Shown: one piece after another, positions 29,303 to 38,573 of the stretch
How the letters are laid out: every line of letters starts with the position of its first letter
Numbering within the stretch: position 1 is the stretch's first letter
From: a virus
Lineage: Duplodnaviria; Caudoviricetes
Direction: 5' to 3' (one strand)
Virus record (IMG/VR): IMGVR_UViG_3300021387_000688
DNA: 64,000 bases
Made by a program: the position numbers and the translations under genes
The notes under the pieces: generated by a model
Database searches by the model: none
Told to the model about the DNA's origin: nothing
Seen by the model: the letters and a program-made list of their open reading frames with translations, nothing else

Positions 29303-30569
29303 TTATTTTGTAACCTCCTGATTAGGTGAATGAGTAACATCATCTTCAAACATTCCAAAATGATTTAAGAACTTCCACCTCTTTTTAATAGAGAATCCTC
29401 TTGTCAATTTGTATTTAAGGGCTGCCCGAGATAATCTTAAATTATTAATAATTTCTCCTGCTTTTTTATTATCCTCTTCTTTTTGAGGATCGAGCCCGGC
29501 TGTAAGTCTACCACATTCATTTGCATAATCTAAAACAACTGTTGCAAAATTAACAAACATTCTTTGAGTAGAATTTAAGAAAGGAGTGGTTGCAATATCA
29601 TTAGGTTCTACCTGCCAGTAACACTCTGTAAGCATTCCCAATAATGTTTCGTAAAGCTTACGGTCTTTCTTAAATAAAAATTTTGGCGGATTGTTAAACC
29701 AATTTGCTTTCAATTCCAGCATTCCCTTTTCAAGCAAATCCATGTATTGCTGTTCCAGCCAATTGTATACTACAACTTCGTACATCATTATTTTATTTCT
29801 CCTCTTGCTTTATATTGAGATTCTGTTAAGCAATCTCTCTTTACAAAGTCTATATCTTTAGAATATTGATTCTTTTCTACCCACCGGATCATGGTACCAA
29901 AAGGTCTACTTACTGTACACTTTTCATAAAACTGCGAATTATCCTTATTAACATAATGCCAGAAAACTTCTTGGTTTTCATATTTGCAAACAGGTAGTAC
30001 TAGTTTTACATAAAGATCATCTTTTACATCTTTATTAAATTCGTTACTAAAAGTTTTGTAAGGGGCTACGTGGAATCCGTTTTCGGTATCTATATCTAAA
30101 AGTACATAGTATTCTTCTTTGTAAAGACTTTTAGTTAAATCAGCTTTAGTATTTCCTGCTAAGTAAATATCTCCAATTCTAGGAATCGCCCCTGTTTTGA
30201 AATCAAAAATCTTTGTAGAATCGTTTAAGTCAACATAATATAAATTCATTATTCAACTCCCCTTTCTTCGTTTAATTTTTTCATTTTATTTGTTAAAGGT
30301 TCAAAAAGCTTTCTTAAGCAATCAAAGATTAAGAAAATAAAAGCCATTACAAAATAAAGAGGACTGAATACCAAATTAAAGATTCCTTGAGATATTTCAT
30401 ATCTGTTGGTACGTTCATCCCAAAAGAAATCAGTCCATATTTCTTTGAATGGGGTTTCTTTTCCTTCTATATGGTCACTGAGCCAAAGCGTGCAAGCCAA
30501 TAGATAATAGAAGGCAGCTTCGACAACTACCCATAAAGTTATAAATGATACGATTTCAATAATATTCAT
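29303..30569 (-). CDS. Three hypothetical ORFs (29303-29788, 29788-30249, 30249-30569; the last is a membrane protein)
   Basis: Coupled ORFs; TATATT 6 nt before ATG 30569. Confidence 0.6.
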
Positions 30570-30594
30570 GAAAATAATATAGGCGGGAAGTTTG

Positions 30595-30963
30595 TTATAT
30601 GTATGGAATTATTTTAACTTTCTTTTCAAGTTCTTTACAGAAATCTATTGAACTTTTAGTCCCTTTAGATTTATAGTCCCAAAAGGCTAAACAACAATCG
30701 CATTCTTTAACCATTTGTTTATTTCGAATTGGGCCTGCAGCTTTTCCATATTTGTTCCAATCTGCAGGGTATTTTTCTAAGAGGATGTTATGAGATAAAG
30801 CGAATTCTTTTGCGAAGGAATCGGCTCCGGTAGGGCACTCTCCTTCTAAAATAATTAAATGAGAATAGTCGAGGTTTTCTTCTTCAAGGAATTTTTGGAT
30901 GGAAGAGAAGCACAATTCTTTATTTGCGAAATCTCTTCCACCACATATCATTAATTTATACAT
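30595..30963 (-). CDS. SLOG family (YspA/DUF2493-like) protein
   Basis: ICGGRDF, GECPTGAD, ADWNKYGKAAGPIRNKQM, FWDYKSKGT. Confidence 0.9.
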   Translation of the reverse strand: MYKLMICGGRDFANKELCFSSIQKFLEEENLDYSHLIILEGECPTGADSFAKEFALSHNILLEKYPADWNKYGKAAGPIRNKQMVKECDCCLAFWDYKSKGTKSSIDFCKELEKKVKIIPYI

Positions 30964-31375
30964 TAGGGTCTTCTACTATTTCCCACATCTCGTTAAAATC
31001 TTCAGGGCTATAACCAAGTTCAATATGTTCGAAGTCTCCGTAATTGTCACGAATCTTACTCATCATCTTAGCCCTTTTTGTAAACCACATTGTTTTTGGG
31101 CGCTTGTACATATCTCTTCCTGGAAGGATAAAACGAGCTTCTGGTAAAAGATACATATTATATTTGTTGAATCTACTACGGATTGTTTTACCTTCCAATC
31201 CTCTAAAGAATCTTAAATCATCTACTTCTTCATCAGAAACTTTACGTACAGGTTCAATAATCCAGCCATTACCTGTAGTAGTTTTTAAGCTATATAAATC
31301 TTTATATTGATTAATAAGATTGTCTAATGCTACTGTAAATTGATCCCTTCGAATCATGATATCGGCTTCTGTCAT
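30956..31375 (-). CDS. Hypothetical protein
   Basis: 139 aa, AGGAG SD. Confidence 0.6.
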   Translation of the reverse strand: MTEADIMIRRDQFTVALDNLINQYKDLYSLKTTTGNGWIIEPVRKVSDEEVDDLRFFRGLEGKTIRSRFNKYNMYLLPEARFILPGRDMYKRPKTMWFTKRAKMMSKIRDNYGDFEHIELGYSPEDFNEMWEIVEDPNV

Positions 31376-31402
31376 TTTTGACTCCTATAGAAATAATAAG
31401 TG

Positions 31403-32122
31403 TTAAAAGATTTCTTCCCAGAGAGATTTGCCAGCAGAAATCATGTCTGCAAGGTGAAGTAAATGAGCTTCTGCATATTTCATTTTGCGATTAAGTCCTT
31501 TTGTATAATTCTTATTGATCTTTTCACGATCTGCAAATTCACAATTGAAGCGACCATCATGCCACTTAATCAAATGTGCAATAAACTTAAACTGCTTTCT
31601 AAGTTTACGATTAAAGTTCTTACTGTATTCCAAAACATTCTTTGCTTCAATTGCTGGATGTTCTGGATGTGTATGTTCATCACTGCAAATTGTATACTTA
31701 GACATGTCGTGGAGGATTGCTGCAGCATAAACTTCATCCCATTTCAAATTAGGATAAGCTCTATTGAATACCTGAAGAATTTTTACAACATTCTTTGTGT
31801 GGCGACCATTTCCTCCTTCCCCATTCTGCCAACTTGGATGATACTTACCTGTAGAAGAAGTAGGTCTTTCCATTTTGAATTTAGGCTGTCTTGCAATATA
31901 AGAAGTTATGGCTTCTCTCAATTCATCATCATTGATATAATGAAGTTCCTTTTCAAAATATTTATCCAAAGTCATATAATGATTCAAAAGCGCAATATCT
32001 GCATCGATGCGCTGATCGAATGCACTTTTTGGAGTATTCTCTGTTATTGGGTGTTCTACAATAGTTTCACCTTTCTGTGATTTTTCGCGTCTCTGCTGTG
32101 AAAGTGATTTTTCTTTTGCCAT
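31403..32122 (-). CDS. HD-domain phosphohydrolase
   Basis: SSTGKYH, RHTKNV, AILHDMSK, WHDG, HLADM. Confidence 0.85.
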   Translation of the reverse strand: MAKEKSLSQQRREKSQKGETIVEHPITENTPKSAFDQRIDADIALLNHYMTLDKYFEKELHYINDDELREAITSYIARQPKFKMERPTSSTGKYHPSWQNGEGGNGRHTKNVVKILQVFNRAYPNLKWDEVYAAAILHDMSKYTICSDEHTHPEHPAIEAKNVLEYSKNFNRKLRKQFKFIAHLIKWHDGRFNCEFADREKINKNYTKGLNRKMKYAEAHLLHLADMISAGKSLWEEIF

Positions 32123-32186
32123 AATATTCTCCTTATCTTCTGTAATAATATCGCTTAAAAAGGAATCTCGAATTCCTTAAAATGAG

Positions 32187-32214
32187 AAAAAGGTGTAGTT
32201 TCCTACACCTTTTT
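32187..32214 (-). terminator. Intrinsic terminator
   Basis: AAAAAGGTGTAG-TTTC-CTACACCTTTTT. Confidence 0.8.
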
Positions 32215-32232
32215 AATGATAAGAAGTTTAAA

Positions 32233-32538
32233 CTACTTCTTATTCAAAACTTCTGCTACTTCAGCTTTAAGCTTTTTGGTAAGTGCCTTAAGCAAACTCA
32301 ATACGAAGTTATAAGCAACCTGTACCAAAGTAACTGTACCTGCTACAGCACCTACATACTGGATTACTGTAAGCTTTCCACCAAGACCTGTAACTCCAAG
32401 AATTACAGGAACTACAACTGAAGCAACTAATGAAATAGTTGCCTTAACCTTTGCACTTGTGCCTTCTGGAAGATAGATTTTAACAAGTTCCATCAATCCT
32501 ACAACTGCAACTGCAGCAAAAGCAATAACTGTGATCAT
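32233..32538 (-). CDS. Holin-like three-TM membrane protein
   Basis: Three hydrophobic segments, basic C-terminus, AGGAGG SD. Confidence 0.55.
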   Translation of the reverse strand: MITVIAFAAVAVVGLMELVKIYLPEGTSAKVKATISLVASVVVPVILGVTGLGGKLTVIQYVGAVAGTVTLVQVAYNFVLSLLKALTKKLKAEVAEVLNKK

Positions 32539-32556
32539 TTATGATCCTCCTTTTTT

Positions 32557-33234
32557 TTATTCATCTTCTACTGGTGCATTAGCATCAATATAATCTTTTA
32601 CAAGGTTGTAAGCGGTTTCTGTCATTTCACAATAAGTTACCTTATCCTGAACTGCATCCCCTACATCTTTACCTTTCATTCCTCTCACAAAGATTTTAAC
32701 CAATCCTGTATACTCTCCAGCCGGAGCAAAGTTCAACTCTTCTGATTTAGGTGCATGTTCGTCTTTAATCTCATCATTATAGGAATCGATTGTTTCCATA
32801 TAAGATTTAGAACTATCCAAAGCATCGTTTACAGCTTCTTCTCCGATGTCCGCATGCGCAAACTTTTCAGAATCAATAGTGATTGTGATACCTTTATCGG
32901 CCAAAGCTTTAAAGTAATCGTCTAACATAGAAGACATGTTAAACTCTTCGATGGCTGCAATTGTATCATAAAGTCCTTTAAACTTTGATGAAAGCGGGTC
33001 CTTCTTCTTAGCTTCTTTATCCAAGAACAATGGATCTCCTGCAACCCATCCTTTACCCTTATCTTTGTAATATTTACGAGTCTTGCTCCAGTTTGTCTTA
33101 TCTGCTCCACCTGCTTCTTCCATTACTCTTTTAGTAATTTCCTTAAGAGCTTTAGAAGCAATCTTTTTGTTTTCAAGTACTTCAACTGTTTCGTCGAGCA
33201 ACTCTTCTGCATTCTTAACGTTTTCCATTTTCAA
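32557..33234 (-). CDS. Hypothetical protein
   Basis: 225 aa helical ORF. Confidence 0.6.
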   Translation of the reverse strand: MKMENVKNAEELLDETVEVLENKKIASKALKEITKRVMEEAGGADKTNWSKTRKYYKDKGKGWVAGDPLFLDKEAKKKDPLSSKFKGLYDTIAAIEEFNMSSMLDDYFKALADKGITITIDSEKFAHADIGEEAVNDALDSSKSYMETIDSYNDEIKDEHAPKSEELNFAPAGEYTGLVKIFVRGMKGKDVGDAVQDKVTYCEMTETAYNLVKDYIDANAPVEDE

Positions 33235-33240
33235 TCTCCA

Positions 33241-33924
33241 TTAATAAATATCTGGGAAAATCTTTGCAAGACCGTTATCATATCTATCGTGACAGGTTTC
33301 GCATTCTCTACATGGTTTCTTAAATTCGATTCCATCTACAGTATACTTTTCTCCTGTACTAGCTCTATAACAGCTCCAAGTATGAGGGATATCCAATCGA
33401 GTCATACCTGCTTCCATACCCCATCTAATTACTTCATCTTTTGTCTTTTCAATCAAAGGCATTTCAATTGTGAACCATGGATAAGCAACGCTTACGCAAT
33501 TACGAGCCGCTGTATAGAAAGCTTCAGTACAATCTACAAATCCTCCAGCCGCATCTGAATAATGGGCTCCATGCCACAATACTGTACAATCCATCTGCAT
33601 TGCTTTTGCAGTTGCACATGCAATTAATACCATGTTACGATTATACATTTTACGAGTACCGTTTGGAGTACTTTTATCCCCAGTTACTTCTTCCATTGAA
33701 ACATCTTCAAAAATCTGCTTAAGATTCAATTCCTTAGTCTGAGTTACTCCAAGCTTCTTAGTGAAATATTCAAAAGATTCTTTTTCATCGTTTACATTGC
33801 GCTGACCGAAATAAGTATAAATTGCAACTACATTTTCAGCTCCAAACTGCTTTACTGCTTGAAACAACATTGCAGTAGAATCAAGCCCCCCTGAATATAA
33901 AACTGCTACTCTTTTAGCATCCAT
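33241..33924 (-). CDS. queC: 7-cyano-7-deazaguanine synthase-like protein
   Basis: YSGGLDS PP-loop, RNMVL, DC, KTK, TWSCY, CRECETC. Confidence 0.9.
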   Translation of the reverse strand: MDAKRVAVLYSGGLDSTAMLFQAVKQFGAENVVAIYTYFGQRNVNDEKESFEYFTKKLGVTQTKELNLKQIFEDVSMEEVTGDKSTPNGTRKMYNRNMVLIACATAKAMQMDCTVLWHGAHYSDAAGGFVDCTEAFYTAARNCVSVAYPWFTIEMPLIEKTKDEVIRWGMEAGMTRLDIPHTWSCYRASTGEKYTVDGIEFKKPCRECETCHDRYDNGLAKIFPDIY

Positions 33925-33965
33925 AATTTTATAACTCCTTAATAAAACAAATATAGAATAAGGCC

Positions 33966-34481
33966 TTACAAGATGCCCGATTTTATCATGTCTTTTACTT
34001 TACCAATAAAAGTATTTCCTAACCCTGGAACGTTTTTCTTAAACAAAGCTTCTCCAAGTTTCTTATAAAGAAACTCTTCTGCTTCATCAAATCTAACCCA
34101 TTGGTATTCAACAAACTCAGGTAATTGTTTACCAAACCAATCAAATACTGCATGGCATTCAAGCTTATTAGGCTCTTCTGGTAATACCAAAACGTAAATA
34201 AATCCTTTACCTTCTCCATATTTAACATTTCCAAGGTAAGTCATTGGTACACCTTCTATATCTAAATCCCCTTCTTCATAAGCTTCTCTTACAATTGTTT
34301 CTGCAGGATCGTCTCCATATTCAATGTGCCCTTTACCTACAATGTCCCAAGTATGGGGTTTAGATTTAGATTTGTTAGGAGCTCTACCTATTAACATTTT
34401 TTCCCTATCCGGAGAAAGTATGATAGGTATAGCTCTGTTTTTTGAATCCTGACTGTTATCTGTTGTATCTATTTTAACCAT
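33966..34481 (-). CDS. Nudix hydrolase
   Basis: GKGHIEYGDDPAETIVREAYEEG Nudix box. Confidence 0.9.
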   Translation of the reverse strand: MVKIDTTDNSQDSKNRAIPIILSPDREKMLIGRAPNKSKSKPHTWDIVGKGHIEYGDDPAETIVREAYEEGDLDIEGVPMTYLGNVKYGEGKGFIYVLVLPEEPNKLECHAVFDWFGKQLPEFVEYQWVRFDEAEEFLYKKLGEALFKKNVPGLGNTFIGKVKDMIKSGIL

Positions 34482-35216
34482 TTTTCCACATCTCATAACT
34501 TGACTTTGATAGTGCCAAGTTTTTCAATTCTGCTACCAAATATTCTGCAATAATAAAATCAGGTAAATTCAAATCGGCGTCGATATTTAACCTGTTTATA
34601 TTACTTTGAAGTACTTCTTCCAACTCTGCTAATCTCTCTTCTGGAGGTATATGAGTTGGTGAATCAAATGTTTTTAATTCCAATTCGTCCATTTTTACAT
34701 CCTTTACCAAAGCCACATTTCTTCGGTATAACTATCTTTCATATCTCTTAAAGAGTTTTTATAACGATAGTATTTTCCATCTACTTCTGCTACTGGGATG
34801 AACTTTTTAGTACCTTTAGTAAATATTTCATAATACCAAACTTTGAGGGGTTTGAATTTTTTACCGGCAAATGCTTCTCCAAATGTTTCTGGCTCTAATA
34901 CAACTTGCCTATCTTCATTTTCCCAAGTACCATGTAAAGATACTATTACAGTTCTGGCTTCTACGGGAGGAGTTTTTATATACCTATTGAAACTTAAATC
35001 CTTTACATACCAAGACTGGTTAGTAGAGGCCTTTAGTTCCTGTACATAAAACCACATTTCCTTGTGAGCTTCTTCATCCCAAATAGTAGCATCTTGACAG
35101 CTATCTACAAGGGAATAATGCCCGCAAAGATTTAGAAAAAATTTTTCATTATGATTTACAATGGCATATCCCCTACTCATATTACTCGTCCACCCAAATC
35201 TTAAGGCGCTTTTCAA
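34474..35216 (-). CDS. Two hypothetical ORFs (34474-34716, 34704-35216)
   Basis: Overlapping co-directional ORFs. Confidence 0.55.
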
Positions 35217-35427
35217 GTACCCTGATATAATCTTTCTGGATTCTAAACTGCTTATTCAAAAGCTTTTTCTGTTCATTAGAAAGAGAATCTAAAAGCTTTT
35301 GATGGTTTGGCATATTATCGGATTTGATCTTGCCGAGCAAGTTTCCAAGCTTTTCATTACGCTCTTTCAATTCTTCGAGTTCCATCTGTACACGTTCTTT
35401 TGCTGTAGTTCCTTCTTTCTTAACCAT
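35182..35427 (-). CDS. Small coiled-coil phage protein (crAss001_48-like)
   Basis: R...ELEELKERNEKL...LLNKQ...YIRVLEKRL pattern. Confidence 0.6.
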   Translation of the reverse strand: MVKKEGTTAKERVQMELEELKERNEKLGNLLGKIKSDNMPNHQKLLDSLSNEQKKLLNKQFRIQKDYIRVLEKRLKIWVDE

Positions 35428-35439
35428 AGCGACTCCTTT

Positions 35440-36279
35440 TTAATAATTGATGATTTTTACATCATTTGTTTCTGTATCTATTATAGCATAATATTCTTGT
35501 TCCGGAGAATCTAAGAATACATATGTACAATCTAAGTTATCAGGTTCATTACCCTCTTCGTATTGATACTTATAAAACTTTTTGTTATCCCACCAATCTT
35601 TTGCTTTAACAATTCGGGATTCAAGATTCCAATACTCCATCATGTTTTCATCTAATGCAGTATGACCAACGCACTGATTGTAACCTGCAATTCCAAAACG
35701 AATTAAAGATGGCGGCCTAATCCACATGCAAGTTTCATAAGAATCGTCCCCGTACGGATCATCTCCATTAAAATTGAACACTGTCAAATTATGATTATGG
35801 AATATTTCTTTAATCTTATCCAAGCTACTGTTTGTTAATTCTGGGAAGAAAACACTGGCGTGCATAGGGTCATTCAACCATTCCTGAGTTACCCCTGCAT
35901 GAGAGAATAACCATTTATCAACAATAACAAATGGTTCAAATTCTTCAAACATATTTGTTAATGTATCTTGGATATCTTTAGCTGAAAAATGTTGATATTG
36001 AGAACAAGACCTTCCACCGTAATTACCCATATAAGATAAATCGTGATTACCAAATAATGTATCAACTGTATGCGGGTTAACAAGGTTGACTGCATGTTTC
36101 CATTCCATTATCTTTTCGAGTTCTCTTTTCTGGTCACTCCATGTATTAAATGTATCATGACTATCACAATAGTCGCCTAAGAAAATTACTTTATCTGCAC
36201 GACCTTCTCCATAAACCTTTTTTGCGTTTTCTAATACTCTTTCATTGCCATGTACGTCTGGGATTACTAATACTTTCAA
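35440..36279 (-). CDS. Metallophosphoesterase (intact)
   Basis: PDVHG, LGDYCD, GNHD, SHAG, VGHT. Confidence 0.9.
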   Translation of the reverse strand: MKVLVIPDVHGNERVLENAKKVYGEGRADKVIFLGDYCDSHDTFNTWSDQKRELEKIMEWKHAVNLVNPHTVDTLFGNHDLSYMGNYGGRSCSQYQHFSAKDIQDTLTNMFEEFEPFVIVDKWLFSHAGVTQEWLNDPMHASVFFPELTNSSLDKIKEIFHNHNLTVFNFNGDDPYGDDSYETCMWIRPPSLIRFGIAGYNQCVGHTALDENMMEYWNLESRIVKAKDWWDNKKFYKYQYEEGNEPDNLDCTYVFLDSPEQEYYAIIDTETNDVKIINY

Positions 36280-36343
36280 AATGGTATCTCCTCCTAATTA
36301 TTATAGATATCATTTCTATAATAATGACGAAGAGGTTTAATAA

Positions 36344-36577
36344 ATGGCAGAATTAAATTTTGATTTGAAGCTTAAAAAGTTGAAGGAAAATATAACAAAA
36401 AGTTTAGACGAACTTGAATTGCAATCATATACCGGTACCCCTAATAAAATATTGGCAGGTTATTTAACAGATCAAGTATTAGTTTATTCAAAGCTTCTTT
36501 CCGATATAAGAAAAGAATTAACAGAGGAAGAAGAAACCGTAGTAGAAATTGACTCCCACTCAACTCCAATCGTTTAA
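36344..36577 (+). CDS. Hypothetical protein, paralogue of 34474-34716
   Basis: GTPNKILAGYL versus NLPDFIIAEYL. Confidence 0.6.
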   Translation: MAELNFDLKLKKLKENITKSLDELELQSYTGTPNKILAGYLTDQVLVYSKLLSDIRKELTEEEETVVEIDSHSTPIV

Positions 36578-36591
36578 TAAAAATCCAAAAA

Positions 36592-36619
36592 AAAAGGAAC
36601 TACTTTCGTAGTTCCTTTT
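36592..36619. terminator. Bidirectional terminator
   Basis: AAAAGGAACTAC-TTTC-GTAGTTCCTTTT between convergent units. Confidence 0.85.
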
Positions 36620-36782
36620 AGGGATACCCGGAATGGATATCCTCCACCACCAAGTTTCATTAATATTTAGAAAACGGGCAAGCATTTTCAATTGCGTAAT
36701 TGACGCCTTACTTTGTTTAAGTTAAGTAGGATGACTTAACCCCATTTCTTTGAAGGAAGCTTCAAGAAACTTAGAAACAAAT
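36620..36782 (-). ncRNA. Unassigned structured RNA candidate
   Basis: Four hairpins plus an enclosing helix; G-U pairs form only on the minus strand; no ORF in the supplied track. Confidence 0.45.
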
Positions 36783-36786
36783 ACCT

Positions 36787-37587
36787 CTATAAAATTATAG
36801 TCCCTGTTTCTTTAAATTGTTCCCTTAAAATTGGAAGAGTTTTAAGGTTGTGCCTTACAAGCCACATTCTTAATTGTGCTGGGGAGCCGAACCCCGCATG
36901 CTTGGATAATTCTTCGATTTTCATATTGGTTTGAAGACCTTCAAGTATCTTGGATTGAACTTTAGATATCCTATTTTTTAAATCGTTTGCGTATAAAGCT
37001 TTTAAAGAAGCTTTTACTTTAGCTCTAGTTTTTTCACTCCTGTTTGCGTTATGCCGTTTTGCATTTTCTGACATTGCCTTTCTGCCTTCTTCTGAAAGGT
37101 AAGGATTTGATTTACCTTTCCAAGAGCATGGGTGTGAAAAACTTATACCTTTTTCTTTACAGGTTTTGGCAGTTTTTAAAGACCTCTTTTTGAAAATATC
37201 AGGATCTTTTTCTCTAAGTTTTTCATAAGTTTCTTTTTGCCGCTTTTTAGCAAAATCGTAATCTATAAATCTAGAATTGTCTCCGCCATCCCCTCCGTCA
37301 GCTAAATTATATTCGGCTTTACCAATTAATCGTTGGGTTGCAATAATACATTTCTCAAAACGATTAATTTGTTCTTTAGAAAACTCTCCGGAAAGGATTA
37401 TTTCTTTTTTAAAGTTATCTAAACCATATTTTTTCTGGGCCTTTTTAAGAAGAGTACCAGAACCCCAATAAAGATCTGAAGCCAAATTTTTACATTTAGT
37501 ACTTACAGTTCTTTTACCGAAATAATTTTTACCATTTATTACATTAGTTATGCAATAAATATACCGAACTCTTTTTTCGCTAACCAT
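36787..37587 (-). mobile_element. GIY-YIG (Seg-like) homing endonuclease
   Basis: YIYCITN...NYFGKR, YWGSG, E...YNLADGG; start revised to 37587 because the longer ORF overlaps the tmRNA. Confidence 0.85.
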
Positions 37588-37614
37588 ATTATAATTAGCG
37601 AAAAAGTTCGGACC

Positions 37615-38008
37615 TGGAGATGCCGAGAATTGAACTCGGGTCCCATACAACCTTTTACAAATAAACTTCTATACAAGCTTAAGCTAGTTTTCGATTCGGG
37701 ATAGCTACCGGATTCTGCCCAAGTACGTGACTTTTACAAGCCACTTTCGTAAAGAGATACATGCTCTCGCTCCGCCTCTACTCTTTACTAGTCATCGCAA
37801 TCTTTCAAGTATATAAGCTATTGTGACTCGTTCACTTAAAACCCGCTAGAGCTCTGTTTTGGCTCTAGAACTTGAAATGGTGCTTACGCAACCATTGCCA
37901 AGTCTTCGTACTCTGTTTCGTCGTTTACTTACGGTGCTTTTAGGGTACACTAACCACTGTGCTTGATTTATCTGTTACTGAGTTGCAGGTCGAAACCTTT
38001 ACACCCCC
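37615..38008 (-). ncRNA. ssrA: tmRNA, predicted tag (A)DETEYEDLAMVA*
   Basis: 5' GGGGGTG pairs with 3' CATCTCC-A (G3-U alanine determinant); T-arm CCGAG-TTCAATT-CTCGG; helix 2 pairings; tag frame 37922-37884 preceded by TAAAC; CCA not encoded. Confidence 0.95.
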
Positions 38009-38133
38009 GTAAATATTATTCGCTTTCGCCTAGGATGTCTTACTGTGAGTGTTGTCCCTAGGTTACTTACTTGCAGGTCAAGGTTTAATATAGCTGAACC
38101 CTCACTGCCATGAAACTACGGATTAGATTTTAA

Positions 38134-38517
38134 TTAGTTTCTTTCTCGACGTGCATTATTATCTACAATATCATCAAACCAGCGTCCACCAATCTGCAGT
38201 CTTGGAAGTGCAATTTTTCCTGCATTTTCAAAAGCATCAAGCGGAACTGAAAGAATATTCAAATCTTCTGGATAAGCATTATCCCCTGTAAGGCCGTACT
38301 TATCATTCATCATCTTTCCTGAGAAAAGATATGCAGTTACATTTTCATTTACTTTTGTAAAATCTTTGAAGAATCCAATCCACAAAGGAGCTTCTTCAGG
38401 TACAACACCTATAAAAGTCAATGCAGATCCGTTATAAAGCTCATCCAATTTTGAGCTGTAATTTTCATCAGTGAGCCTTTCGATTGGATTAGAAGCTGAT
38501 TTCATTTCTTCTGACAT
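38134..38517 (-). CDS. Hypothetical early protein
   Basis: Start revised to 38517 (AGGAGG SD), after a class A promoter. Confidence 0.65.
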   Translation of the reverse strand: MSEEMKSASNPIERLTDENYSSKLDELYNGSALTFIGVVPEEAPLWIGFFKDFTKVNENVTAYLFSGKMMNDKYGLTGDNAYPEDLNILSVPLDAFENAGKIALPRLQIGGRWFDDIVDNNARRERN

Positions 38518-38537
38518 GTATTTGTTCCTCCTATTAT

Positions 38538-38567
38538 AATATAGAAAATTCCGGAGGAACAAATTTC
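38538..38567 (-). promoter_or_regulatory. Class A promoter GAAATT-N18-TATATT
   Basis: Exact motif and spacing. Confidence 0.7.
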
Positions 38568-38573
38568 GAAAAG

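Noticed and set aside
36620-36720. Resemblance to tracrRNA (TAAGGC...CCGTT...AACTTG) and a plus-strand CTCCACCA tRNA-like end
   Set aside because: The matches are short; no cas gene, repeat, T-arm or integrase is seen; G-U pairing favours the minus strand.
37588-37650. N-terminal extension of the GIY-YIG ORF in the supplied track
   Set aside because: It overlaps the tmRNA T-arm and acceptor stem; ATG 37587 has its own promoter motif.
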